Shown one piece after another: positions 1 to 11,734 of a stretch of 62,413 nt of DNA. The notes under the pieces were generated by a model that was not told the DNA's origin, did not search any database, and saw only the letters and a program-made list of their open reading frames with translations. Each line of letters opens with the position of its first letter. Within the stretch, counting starts at the first letter, position 1. Origin of the DNA: Aplysia californica (Eukaryota); contig NW_004797706.1 of NCBI RefSeq assembly GCF_000002075.1, positions 184,845-247,257 on the forward strand. The letters are read 5' to 3'. A program made the translations under genes and the position numbers.

Positions 1-330
1 CTAAGGAGACTGCTAAGAGTGTCGTGGAAGGAAAAGAAATCAAATGAGGTAGTGCTTGATGAAGCCCATGTGGGACGCTCACTGTTAAAAACGATCATGA
101 AACGACAAATGCAGTTTTTGGGACACCTGAATAGACATAAGGGTCTTGAACATCTAGCTCTCACTGGCAAAACTGAAGGCAAACGAGGCAGAAGTAGGCC
201 CAGAGCAACCTATGGGTAACGGGGAAAGATCAGGGAAACGTAGCTTTTTTAAGAGCATCCAAGCAGAGGAATGAATGGAGAACCATGATCGCCGATGTCT
301 GTCGCAGATCTGGCACTGGATGATGATGAT
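1..330 (+). mobile_element. 3' end of an RTE-clade non-LTR retrotransposon (LINE) fragment
   Basis: Translation ...RVSWKEKKSNEVVL...RQMQFLGHLNR...LALTGKTEGKRGRSRPR is typical of the RTE ORF C-terminus; ends in a (GAT)n tail at ~318-330. Confidence 0.8.
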
Positions 331-475
331 ATTTGTATAAGCCTACATTCCACACCGGAAGGCTTTGTATCATTTTATGTAATCAGGGACATTTCTAACC
401 ATATCTCAGGCAAGGAGAAATGCGTCGTCCACTGTCCTTTATACTTCATACTAGTAACAATTCCCACGTTTGAGC

Positions 476-592
476 GTCATCATCCGACTGGCTTGGGCGA
501 TCATGGACCTCCACTTCACTCTGTCTTGCGTTGCAGCGATGGTGTCTGTCGTTCTTGCTGTTCCCAACCATGTTGTTAACCTGTCCAGTATC
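476..592 (-). mobile_element. Short RTE-like LINE 3' fragment, truncated at the left border of the kinase repeat cluster
   Basis: Minus-strand translation ILDRLTTWLG...IAATQDRVKWRSMIAQA followed by GATGATG; the QDRxxWR motif is typical of RTE ends. Confidence 0.55.
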
Positions 593-1084
593 ATCACAGG
601 GTGGTCACCCAACAATGACCATCAGACATGGAAGGGCAGCTTCTTCAAAGAAAGGCGACACATGATATTATGACCAGCCATTTGTACTAGTTTTCTTGAA
701 ATTTTTGATGTTGTTGTTGATTGTGGTGTTTTACTTTGATATATATTTTTTTTAATTTTCACTTCTTTTTTCTTAGTATGAAACTGTCATATATGAACAC
801 AGAAAGAAAACAGGTTGAATTCTTCTTGAAGGACGAACTGGTTGACAGTAAATATGTCTTTCCATTCTTTAAAAAGAACATGTTGTCCTTTATTAATTTT
901 TTGTCTTAAAGAATACTGATATCTTTCTTCGGCCCTTGATTTGACACGGCTTTCATTGTCTACACCACAGACACCGCCACAGTGACCACCAGACATCAAA
1001 GGACGGTCACCAAACATTGATAGTCACACATCACAGGGCAGTCTCCCACATCAGAGGGTGGTTACTCAACAGGAACCGACAAGC

Positions 1085-1275
1085 ATTAAAAGACGGTCAC
1101 CCAACAATGACCATCAGACATCAAAGGGTGGTCACCCAACAATGACCATCAGACATCAAAGGGCGGTCACCCAACAATGACCATCAGACATCAAAGGGCG
1201 GTCACCCAACAATGACCATCAGACATCAAAGGGCGGACACCCAACAATGACCATAAGACATCAAAGGGCGGATTC
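1085..1275 (+). repeat. 35-bp tandem minisatellite array
   Basis: Unit starts at 1108, 1143, 1178, 1213 and 1248 (35-bp period). Confidence 0.9.
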
Positions 1276-2114
1276 CCCAAAGAAGGCCGACACACACTGA
1301 CCAGCCACTCCCACAAGCTCACAGATGATGTACAAAATGCAACAGAGTTAAAGGAACTCTTGTCATGTTTTCCTGCAAACGATTTGAAAAAAAAAAGAAT
1401 AATTATTTTCCCAAATTAAAAAAATTATAGATCTAAACGAGCAACCTTTTTGTGTAAAGTAAAATTCTATGTCTTGGCTTTGCTTTCACGGTTTAAAAAA
1501 ATGTTTTCTTTGTTTTTAATTGGTGCTTATAGAAAACGTAACACGTTAACATCGTAAAGAAAGGAGTTAAAGAGCTCTTTGACTGGTGAATTTGTTGAGA
1601 GTAGAATGAAGTTTCATAATTTGTTACTAGTTTATTTTCCGTGGAGTTTTTCTTTTCATAATTACAATATCAACACCGATTGTCGCCCTTGCTTTGACAC
1701 AGCTTCCATTGTCTACGTCACAAAGACTGCCGCTATAGCCAGTAGGTATTAAAGGGCAGTCACCCAGTAGAGACCAGCAGACATCAAAGGTCAGTCACCC
1801 AGTAGAGACCAGCAGACATCAAAGGTCAGTCACCTAGGAGAAACCAGAAGATATCAAAAGGCGGTCATCAAACAATAACTATCAGAAATCAGAGGGAAGT
1901 TATCCGTCTGTGACCACCTGACAACAAAGGGCGGTCACCCAATTGTGACCAGTGAACATCAAATGGAAGGACACGCACAAACTTCATTTTGAAATTCTCC
2001 AGAAAGTCTCCATCACGAATGACGGTGACAGCAAAGGGCGGTCACCCAGTAGAGACCACCAGACAGCAAAGGGCAGTCACCCAGTAGAGACAGCAAAAGG
2101 CAGTCCTCCCAAAG

Positions 2115-2202
<88 letters not shown>
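2115..2202. repeat. (CA)n microsatellite
   Basis: Directly visible. Confidence 0.95.
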
Positions 2203-2203
<1 letters not shown>

Positions 2204-4550
2204 CGACCAGCCTTTCTTACCTATTTTTTTTCGAAGAAATTGATGCTGTGGGAAGACAGGCACCAATTTTGAATTAGGGATGTTCTGTAAAAAAAATGAG
2301 GCCTCATGAAAATATATTGATGACACAACCCTCTTTCAACACTGACGTATGCACAAAATTAAAGACAAAAAATGCAATCAAAATCTAAGCATTATTGTTT
2401 GAGTAAAAGAAAACGGAAAGAACCCGTGAATTATGCAATCAGACTAACAAACACATATTGAAAAAAAAGAAGTTTGTGAACAGATAGTCATGATTTCTTG
2501 TTATTTTAACACAGATAATGAACGTTTACAAAAGTGGCGACATGATAGGCAGAAATAGCCTATGAGCCTTTAACGACATCCTTTGAACAAATAAGTCAGA
2601 TCACGAGTGGCTACAAACATGGAAGAGGACGGTCCTCATATCTTAAGCCACGCCTTTTATTCCCCCATTGTAAGATCCCAAGACGAGCGACTGAGCTGAG
2701 AGTGTTGTGGTTGGCCATTGTTCGGTTCCCCTTGGGGAATACTGCAACATTTCTGCTGTGTTCACGTTTCTTTGAAAATTCCTTTGTTTTCTTTTTTAAC
2801 TCTCGAGTCGTAGAATGTGGGGAGCCTGGCCACTCTTTGTAGTTGTTGCTTTTGTTGTTTGTTTGTTTTTTGTTTTGTTTTTGTTTTTCTTGTCGTTCTC
2901 TGTTAATAAGAAGGAGAATATAGAAGGGATATGGGAGGGGGGTGTAACAATGAGCGGTGTAAGGACATAAAGGGTGTCGAGGAGAGGAAAGTGTGAGGGT
3001 AGAAAAGGGGGGGGGGGGTAAATTTGCGTTTTAATGGGAATAAAGGAGCGTTGGTGGGGGGGGGGGGGATATTTGGGGGAATGCAGGGTTTGGATTTGTA
3101 GCGATTAAATCTATTCTTTTTTTTTCTTTTTTTTTTTGTTACCAAACATTAATTTATCCTTGGAGTGACTGAAAAGGCGCTCTTATTTCCGGCGTGACTT
3201 GAGATGTGTTCAAAATGGTCTTTTTGGGGGGTTTTTGGAGCCAACAAACAAACACACAGATAGGCACACCTAGATAATGGCTGTGTCGGTAGAGAATATT
3301 AGATTCACCCTATTAACATTCTGATAATGCTCAACGATATGACACACAAACAAGGCTGCTACATTTTGTAACAAGTAAAGAAAGGACAAGTTCTGTTGTA
3401 AACCCTCATCCCAAAGCGTAACTCCAAGAGCTGGCTACTGCTTATCGTAGTTTCTTTACTTTTGTTAAGAAGGTTTTAATTCTTTCTTTCTTGTATTGCT
3501 GTAGTTATAAAAGTAACAATAAACAGAATGGATACATGTAAAAAGAAAAAATCTATGAAGTTCAAAATTGGAAAAAGGAGAGTAGTGTTTGGAAAGAGTT
3601 TAAGAACTAGTTGTCTAGGAAGATATATTATTTCAAAGCTGAATAACAATTAACATCAATAATGACTGGGCAAAGAGAAAAATGTTTATTTTGATAGGTG
3701 CATTTCGTTATATATATATATATATATATATATTCATCGCTACAGTTCTCTTCATCACTGAACACGTCTTTTCCCTCTCAGTTTTCACGGGCTTGGGACC
3801 GTCACAGAGTACACAGTACACTGAGGCCTGATTAAAAAGACGGCGCTACCGAGCGCTCACGTCTGGGGGAGTTAGTGTTAGTTAATTAGTGATTAGAGTT
3901 GGTTAGTTAGTGATTAGTATTAGTTAATTAGATTGTTAAAAATGGTTAATGGTAGTAGTTTAGAGGTTAATTTTGGTTTGTAAACGGTTAATAAAAGTTC
4001 TTTAATTGTTGGCACTGATTAGTTAGTAGTGGGCGCAGGTTTGTCAGTGGGTGATGGAGACAGCTAATGTTTTACAACTTGAGTTTGTTAAATAAGGTGT
4101 AATGATGGTTAGCTAGTGTTTTAGAATTGGTCAGCTGGTATTTTATAGCAAGCGTTATTCAGTTAATTGGATAATTATTGTTAATTAGTTAATATTATTA
4201 TATTGAAGTTAGTGTTCATTACTTGGTGCTCTTTTCTGAATAAATTTTTAGTCTGTTATTCATTTGATTTAGTGACTTTTATTTTGTGGAATATATTAAG
4301 TTGATACTCGTTACTTTGTATCTAATGTTAGTAAGTACGTTTTTAAGTTTCCGTTAATATTTTGAAAATATAATGTCATTGTTTAAACTCAAAGATGGTA
4401 CCAAATCTGTAATTAAAAATGAAGTTAGCAAGAAGTTTAAAATCTCGGTGTCGGAATGTGTTATATTAATTTGTTAATAAGAAATAGATATTAGTATTAA
4501 GTTAGTTTATAAAAAGAAAAAAGGTTGCGACTACCAACGGTCCGTGTTTC

Positions 4551-4665
4551 TCACAAACCCTCCATAATTCCCCTGAGCTTCTCACGAGTAGACAAGAACT
4601 CCAAGAGGCCGGGAACAGACAGTCGCTTCTGAGGATCTCTGCGCAAAAGTCCTTTCAGAACTTTT
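4551..4665 (-). CDS. Ser/Thr kinase copy A, exon 3 (terminal)
   Basis: Acceptor ...CCTCCACAG; phase fits exon 2; encodes (R)KVLKGLLRRDPQKRLSVPGLLEF...EGL* including the subdomain XI Arg (DPxKR). Confidence 0.85.
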
Positions 4666-5138
4666 CTGTGGAGGAAAAAAACAAACAGATTGAGGTTAGA
4701 AAATATTTTATAAATATCAGTACAAAATACATTCATAGTTCTTTGAGTGTCAAACATCAACTGAATGTAGCTGGAAGTAAAGTTATACAAGCTGGTAATT
4801 ATAAAATAGTTTCGTACACTCAAATTGGGAATGTACTACTTCATAGTACAAAGCTTTTGATGTGAGAGATGTCCCGAATAGTAAAACACTGGAAAATCTA
4901 AAGTTTATAAAAAGTATAAATATAACTTTATCTAATCCTCGTGCGGACATCTTGTTTAAGGCGGCATTTTGATGTCAAAGTACAAACATAAATTCCTACT
5001 GGATCTATTTTTTATAATCAATAATAATACCACCCCAAAACTTAAAACCAAAGTCTAAGCTAGTAGGTATTCCAATATGCAATACATAGTACTGAAAAAT
5101 GGCATTAGTAGCTGAAACAAAATCTATTGTTATCTTAC

Positions 5139-5251
5139 CTGTACATTTCAGGCAGAGAAGAATTCCTCACAGCGTCCAGTAGATCCAGGTCTGCTGGTTT
5201 GAGTCTGAAAACCAGTGACCACAGCGTGGCTCCCAGTGCGTATGCGTCCAT
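5139..5251 (-). CDS. Ser/Thr kinase copy A, exon 2
   Basis: 113 nt between a TCTTCTCAG acceptor and a GTAAG donor; encodes MDAYALGATLWSLVF... (subdomain IX D-x-Y-x-L-G). Confidence 0.85.
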
Positions 5252-5917
5252 CTGAGAAGAGAAAAGTAGGTAGGGAGATATTAGATGTCGGAACCCTGGC
5301 TTAAAAGATTGCTATAAACATCTTAAATTATTTTAAATTTCTTAAATTATATAAGACTAAGAGAGAAAATAAAAGGCAACTTTAACGAAATAAAGGAAAA
5401 GATACACGAAAGTAGGAAATATTATGACGAAATCATGTTGCATTAATGTCACAATGACAATGACAATGACAATATTTATTCATCTCGCAGGGAGGAATAT
5501 GTCTTGGTCGTTAACAATGGCAGTAGACGTTACAAAAGTTAGACTTAAAGGTGCACTCACGCAAACGCACAACAAGACACGACATTAGGCCAAGTAAATA
5601 CATGTCACACGTGCTGGGACAACCCGCTCCGTAAAACNNNNNNNNNNNNNNNNNNNNNNNNNNNNNNNNNNNNNNNNNNNNNNNNNNNNNNNNNNNNNNN
5701 NNNNNNNNNNNNNNNNNNNNNNNNNNNNNNNNNNNNNNNNNNNNNNNNNNNNNNNNNNNNNNNNNNNNNNNNNNNNNNNNNNNNNNNNNNNNNNNNNNNN
5801 NNAAACTTTAAAAGATATACATAATGCTACATTTCTGAAAATGAATGCCAAAATTTTAGAAAGTCAAAATAAAGAGACCGTAAACTGTTTTTAAAAAGTT
5901 CGAAACGAAAAACTTAC

Positions 5918-6351
5918 CAAAAAAGGGTCGAATTTGCATCCAAGGAAAAACTCAGATCCAAGGTATCCAAGAGTTCCTCTCCACCGACTCACGGTGTTTT
6001 TTCCATCAGGTAAGATCCGAGAACAACCAAAGTCTCCAAGGATGGCGTTGTCGGAGGCGTCTAGGAAGATGTTGGCTGGCTTCACGTCCCCGTGTACACA
6101 GCGCTGGTCGTGGAGATATCTCAGGGCACAGGAGGTGTGCACGGAAAGACGTTTCACTTTGTCCCGCTGGAGCGAGGGACGCAATATAACCAAAAGTCCC
6201 TGGAGACACAGAGGCGTGCGGATAGCGGGGATGCTGTCACACGGAACACCCAGATCAACCTCATGAGGTGGAGGCGCGAAAAAGTGTAAGGATGGCGTAC
6301 TACCCCCGGTATTCCAGTCAGGGACTACAAGACTTCCCTTTATTAGGCCCA
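5918..6351 (-). other. Partial duplicate of kinase copy A exon 1 that degrades towards a 100-N gap (probable assembly artefact)
   Basis: 5843-6130 is nearly identical to 6486-6810; mismatches and indels then rise steadily up to the gap at 6352-6451. Confidence 0.6.
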
Positions 6352-6597
6352 NNNNNNNNNNNNNNNNNNNNNNNNNNNNNNNNNNNNNNNNNNNNNNNNN
6401 NNNNNNNNNNNNNNNNNNNNNNNNNNNNNNNNNNNNNNNNNNNNNNNNNNNTCTCTCTCTCTCATTTGCTTTGTAAAAAAAAAAACTTAAAAAGATATAC
6501 ATAATGCTACATTTCTGAAAATGAATGCCAAAATTTTAGAAAGTCAAAATAAAGAGACCGTAAACTGTTTTTAAAAAATTCGAAACGAAAAACTTAC

Positions 6598-7200
6598 CAA
6601 AAAAGGGTCGAATTTGCATCCAAGGAAAAACTCAGATCCAAGGTATCCAAGAGTTCCTCTCCACCGACTCACGGTGTTTTTTCCATCAGGTAAGATCCGA
6701 GAACAACCAAAGTCTCCAAGGATGGCGTTGTCGGAGGCGTCTAGGAAGATGTTGGCTGGCTTCACATCCCCGTGTACACAGCGCTGGTCGTGGAGATATC
6801 TCAGGGCACAGGTGGTTTGCACGAAAACCCGTTCCACTTGGTCCCGCTGGAGCGACTGACGCAATCCATCCAAAGATCCCTGAGAACACAGAGGCATACA
6901 GATAGCCAGGAAGCTGTCACACGTGACCACCCAGTCCATCTTCATGAGGTGCGGGTGCTGAACGTTGTGCATGATGGTCAACTCCTCGGTTATGTCCTCG
7001 AGATCTCGATGTCGTCCTTTACTGTCCAGGTAAGGGATCTTCTTGATTGCCTTACGAATGGAGTCGTCGTTCTTCATGGAAGCTTCCAGAACTTGCGAAT
7101 TCTTCTTCTTGGCAAGGACACGCACAAACTTCATGTTGAAATTCTCCAGAAAGTCTCCAACACGAATGACGGTGACATCGGGAAACGTGAGAGTAGCCAT
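6598..7200 (-). CDS. Ser/Thr kinase copy A, exon 1
   Basis: ATG at 7200; 201 codons with AIK (beta3 Lys), EE (alphaC), HGDVKPAN, DFG and GTLGYLGSE; GTAAG donor at 6597. Spliced product is 276 aa. Confidence 0.88.
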
Positions 7201-7285
7201 GCTAGATATCTGCCGACTTGTCGAGAAATTCTCTAGAGGAAAATACAAGACGTATCCAACCTGTCACTGCGAGAGCGATATGTTG

Positions 7286-7320
7286 AACTGAAGAAATTTC
7301 CAGACCCCTTCACTGTTATA
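7286..7320 (-). promoter_or_regulatory. Core promoter of copy A: TATAACA (variant TATA) plus Inr TCAGTT
   Basis: TATA starts 31 nt upstream of the Inr A (7289), the canonical spacing; same layout in copies B and C. Confidence 0.6.
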
Positions 7321-7435
7321 GTGGAGTCAAGCATCCCCCTAAAGAGGGGTATTTGTCTTCAAAAACACCGACACCGATTGTCGGTCCTTGCTTTGACACG
7401 CCTTCCATTGTTCACATCACAGACGTAGGCCGCAT

Positions 7436-7600
7436 TGACCATCAGACATCAAAGGGCGGTCACCCAACAAGGATCATCACACATCAAAGGGCGGTCACCC
7501 AGCATTGACCATCAGACATCAAAGGGCGGACACCCAACAATGACCATCAGACATCAAAGGGCAGTCACCCAACAATGACTATCAGACATCAAAGGGCGGT
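7436..7600 (+). repeat. Promoter-proximal 35-bp array of copy A (5 units)
   Basis: Five CATCAAAGG cores at a 35-bp period, ~150 bp upstream of the predicted TSS. Confidence 0.9.
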
Positions 7601-10600
7601 TTCCCCATAGAAGGCGACACACACTGACCAGCCACTCCCACAAGCTCACAGATGATGTACAAAGTGCAACAGGGTTAAAGGAACTCTTGTCATGTTTTCC
7701 TGCAAACGATTTGAAAAAAAAAAGAATAATTATTTTCCCAAATTAAAAAAATTATAGATCTAAACGAGCAACCTTTTTGTGTAAAGTAAAATTCTATGTC
7801 TTGGCTTTGCTTTCACGGTTTAAAAAATGTTTTCTTTGTTTTTAATTGGTGCTTATAGAAAACGTAACACGTTAACACCGTAAAGAAAGGAGTTAAAGAG
7901 CTCTTTGACTGGTGAATTTGTTGAGAGTAGAATGAAGTTTCATAATTTGTTACTAGTTTATTTTCCGTGGAGTTTTTCTTTTCATAATTACAATATCAAC
8001 ACCGATTGTCGCCCTTGCTTTGACACAGCTTCCATTGTCTACGTCGCAAAGACTGCCGCTACAGCCAGTAGGTATTAAAGGGCAGTCACCCAGTAGAGAC
8101 CAGCAGACATCAAAGGTCAGTCATCCAGTAGAGACCAGCAGACATCAAAGGTCAGTCACCCAGTAGAGACCAGCAGACGTCAAAGGTCAGTCACCCAGTA
8201 GAGACCAGCAGACATCAAAGGTCAGTCACCTAGGAGAAACCAGCAGACATCAAAGGTCAGTCACCTAGGAGAAACCAGAAGATACCAAAAGGCGGTCATC
8301 AAACAATAACTATCAGAAATCAGAGGGAAGTTATCCGTCTGTGACCACCTGACAACAAAGGGCGGTCACCCAATTGTGACCAGTGAACATCAAAGGGAAG
8401 GACACGCACAGACTTCATTTTGAAATTCTCCAGAAAGTCTCCTTCACGAATGACGGTGACAGCAAAGGGCAGTCACCCAGTAGAGACCACCAGACAGCAA
8501 AGGACAGTCACCCAGTAGAGACAGCANNNNNNNNNNNNNNNNNNNNNNNNNNNNNNNNNNNNNNNNNNNNNNNNNNNNNNNNNNNNNNNNNNNNNNNNNN
8601 NNNNNNNNNNNNNNNNNNNNNNNNNNNNNNNNNNNNNNNNNNNNNNNNNNNNNNNACCTATTTTTTTTCGAAGAAATTGACGCTGTGGGAAGACAGGCAC
8701 CAATTTTGAATTAGGGATGTTCTGTAAAAAAAATGAGGCCTCATGAAAATATTTTGATGATAGAACCCTTTTCAAAACTGACGTAGTAACAAAATTAAAG
8801 ACAAAAAATGCAATCAAAATCTAAGCATTATTGTTTGAGTAAAAGATAATGGAAAGAACCCGTGTATTATGCAATCAGACTAACAAACACAAATTGAAAA
8901 GAAAGAAGTTTGTGAACAGATAGTCATGATTTCTTGTTATTTTAACACAGATAATGAACGTTTACAAAAGTGGCTACATGATAGGCAGAAATAGCCTATG
9001 AGCCTTTAACGACATCCTTTGAACAAATAAGTCAGATCACGAGTGGCTACAAACATGGAAGAGGACGGTCCTCATATCTTAAGCCACGCCTTTTATTCCC
9101 CCATTGTAAGACCTCAAAACGAGCGACTGAGCTGAGAGTGTTGTGGTTGGCCATTGTTCGGTTCCCCTTGGGGAATACTGTAACATTTCTGCTGTGTTCA
9201 CGTTTCTTTGAAAAATCCCTTTGTTTTCTTTTTTAACTCTCGAGTCGTAGAATGTGGGGAGCCTGGCCACTCTTTGTAGTTGTTGCTTTTGTTGTTTGTT
9301 TGTTTTTTGTTTTGTTTTTGTTTTTCTTGTCGTTCTCTGTTAATAATAAGGAGAATATAGAAGGGATATGGGAGGGGGGTGTAACAATGAGCGGTGTAAG
9401 GACATAAAGGGTGTCGAGGAGAGGAAAGCGTGAGGGTAGAAAAGGGGGGGGGGGGTAAATTTGCGTTTTAATGGGAATAAAGGAGAGTTGGGGGGGATAT
9501 TTGGGGGAATGCGGGGTTTGGATTTGTAGCGATTAAATCTATTCTTTTTTTTTTTCTTTTTTTTTTGGTTACCAAACATGCATTTATCCTTGGAGTGACT
9601 GAAAAGGCGCTCTTATTTCCGGCGTGACTTGAGATGTGTTCAAAATGGTCATTTTTTTTTTTTTTTGGAGCCAACAAACAAACACACAGATAGGCACACC
9701 TAGATAATGGCTGTGTCGGTAGAGAATATTAGATTCACCCTATGAACATTCTGATAATGTTCAACGATATGACACACAAACAAGGCTGCTACATTTTGTA
9801 ACAAGTAAAGAAAGGACAAGTTCTGTTGTAAACCCTCATCCCAAAGCGTAACTCCAAGAGCTGGCTGCTGCTTATCGTAGTTTCTTTACTTTTGTTAAGA
9901 AGGTTTTAATTCTTTCCTTCTTGTATTGTTGTAGTTATAAAAGTAACAATAAACAGAATGGATACATGTAAAAAAAAAAAATCTATGAAGTTGAAAATTT
10001 GAAAAAGGAGAGTAGTGTTTGGAAAGAGTTTAAAAACTGGTTGTCTGCTGGGTACTCTAGGAAAATATATTATTTCAAAGAGAAAAATGTTTNNNNNNNN
10101 NNNNNNNNNNNNNNNNNNNNNNNNNNNNNNNNNNNNNNNNNNNNNNNNNNNNNNNNNNNNNNNNNNNNNNNNNNNNNNNNNNNNNNNNNNNNNNNNNNNN
10201 NNNNNNNNNNNNNNNNNNNNNNNNNNACAGTTCTCTTCATCACTGAACACGTCTTTTCCCTCTCAGTTTTCACGGGCTTGGGACCGTCACAGAGTACACA
10301 GTACACTGAGGCCTGATTAAAAAGACGGCGCTACCGAGCGCTCACGTCTGGGGGAGTTAGTGTTAGTTAATTAGTGATTAGAGTTGGTTAGTTAGTGATT
10401 AGTATTAGTTAATTAGATTGTTAAAAATGGTTAATGGTAGTAGTTTAGAGGTTAATTTTGGTTTGTAAACGGTTGATAAAAGTTCGTTAATTGTTGGCAC
10501 TGATTAGTTAGTATTGGGCGCAGGTTTGTCAGTGGGTGATGGAGACAGCTAATGTTTTACAACTTGAGTTTGTTAAATAAGGTGTAATGATGGTTAGCTA

Positions 10601-11032
10601 GTGTTTTAGAATTGGTCAGCTGGTATTTTATAGCAAGCGTTATTCAGTTAATTGGATAATTATTGTTAATTAGTTAATATTATTATATTGAAGTTAGTGT
10701 TCATTACTTGGTGCTCTTTTCTGAATAAATTTTTAGTCTGTTATTCATTTGATTTAGTGACTTTTATTTTGTGGAATATATTAAGTTGATACTCGTTACT
10801 TTGTATCTAATGTTAGTAAGTACGTTTTTAAGTTTCCGTTAATATTTTGAAAATATGTAATAGTTTAAACTCAAAGATGGTGCCAAATCTGTAATTAAAA
10901 ATGAAGATAGCAAGAACTTTAAAATCTCGGTGTCGGAATGTGTTATATTAATTTGTTAATAAGAAATAGATATTAGTATTAAGTTAGTTTATAAAAAGAA
11001 AAAAGGTTGCGACTACCAAAGGTCCGTGTTTC

Positions 11033-11147
11033 TCACAAACCCTCCATAATTCCCCTGAGCTTCTCACGAGTAGACAAGAACTCCAAGAGGCCGGGAACAG
11101 ACAGTCGCTTCTGAGGATCTCTGCGCAAAAGTCCTTTCAGAACTTTT
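11033..11147 (-). CDS. Ser/Thr kinase copy B, exon 3
   Basis: Same sequence and splice context as copy A exon 3. Confidence 0.85.
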
Positions 11148-11621
11148 CTGTGGAGGAAAAAAACAAACAGATTGAGGTTAGAAAATATTTTATAAATATC
11201 AGTACAAAATACATTCATAGTTCTTTGAGTGTCAAACATCAACTGAATGTAGCTGGAAGTAAAGTTATACAAGCTGGTAATTATAAAATAGTTTTGTACA
11301 CTCAAATTGGGAATTTACTACTTCATAGTACAAAGCTTTTGATGTGAGAGATGTCCCGAATAGTAAAACACTGGAAAATCTAAAGTTTATAAAAAGTATA
11401 AATATAACTTTATCTAATCCTCGTGCGGACATCTTGTTTAAGGCGGCATTTTGATGTCAAAGTACAAACATAAATTCCTACTGGATCTATTTTTTTATAA
11501 TCAATAATAATACCACCCCAAAACTTAAAACCAAAGTCTAAGCTAGTAGGTATTCCAATATGCAATACATAGTACTGAAAAATGGCATTAGTAGCTGAAA
11601 CAAAATCTATTGTTATCTTAC

Positions 11622-11734
11622 CTGTACATTTCAGGCAGAGAAGAATTCCTCACAGCGTCCAGTAGATCCAGGTCTGCTGGTTTGAGTCTGAAAACCAGTG
11701 ACCACAGCGTGGCTCCCAGTGCGTATGCGTCCAT
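11622..11734 (-). CDS. Ser/Thr kinase copy B, exon 2
   Basis: 113 nt, AG/GT bounded, MDAYALG.... Confidence 0.85.

Noticed and set aside
3871-4510. Interstitial telomeric repeat
   Set aside because: The tract is degenerate TTAG/TTAGTG, not TTAGGG or TTAGG arrays.
5891-6502. 203-aa ORF as a separate divergent kinase
   Set aside because: It spans an N gap and shows progressive degradation typical of a poor read end.
6571-7248. ORF-track limits of the kinase ORFs (MYFPL... start, VSFSF... end)
   Set aside because: The listed start is a TTG in the predicted 5' UTR and the tail is intron read-through; the true ATG and GT donor were used instead.
6614-7291. Opposite-strand and alternative-frame ORFs over the kinase exons (also at 12.4-13.1, 28.0-28.8 and 33.5-33.8 kb)
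   Set aside because: Shadow ORFs that recur only because the kinase is duplicated; no recognisable motifs.
7436-7600. Estrogen-response elements in the 35-mer
   Set aside because: GGTCA and TGACC are spaced by 8 nt rather than the 3 nt of an ERE; only half-sites are supported.
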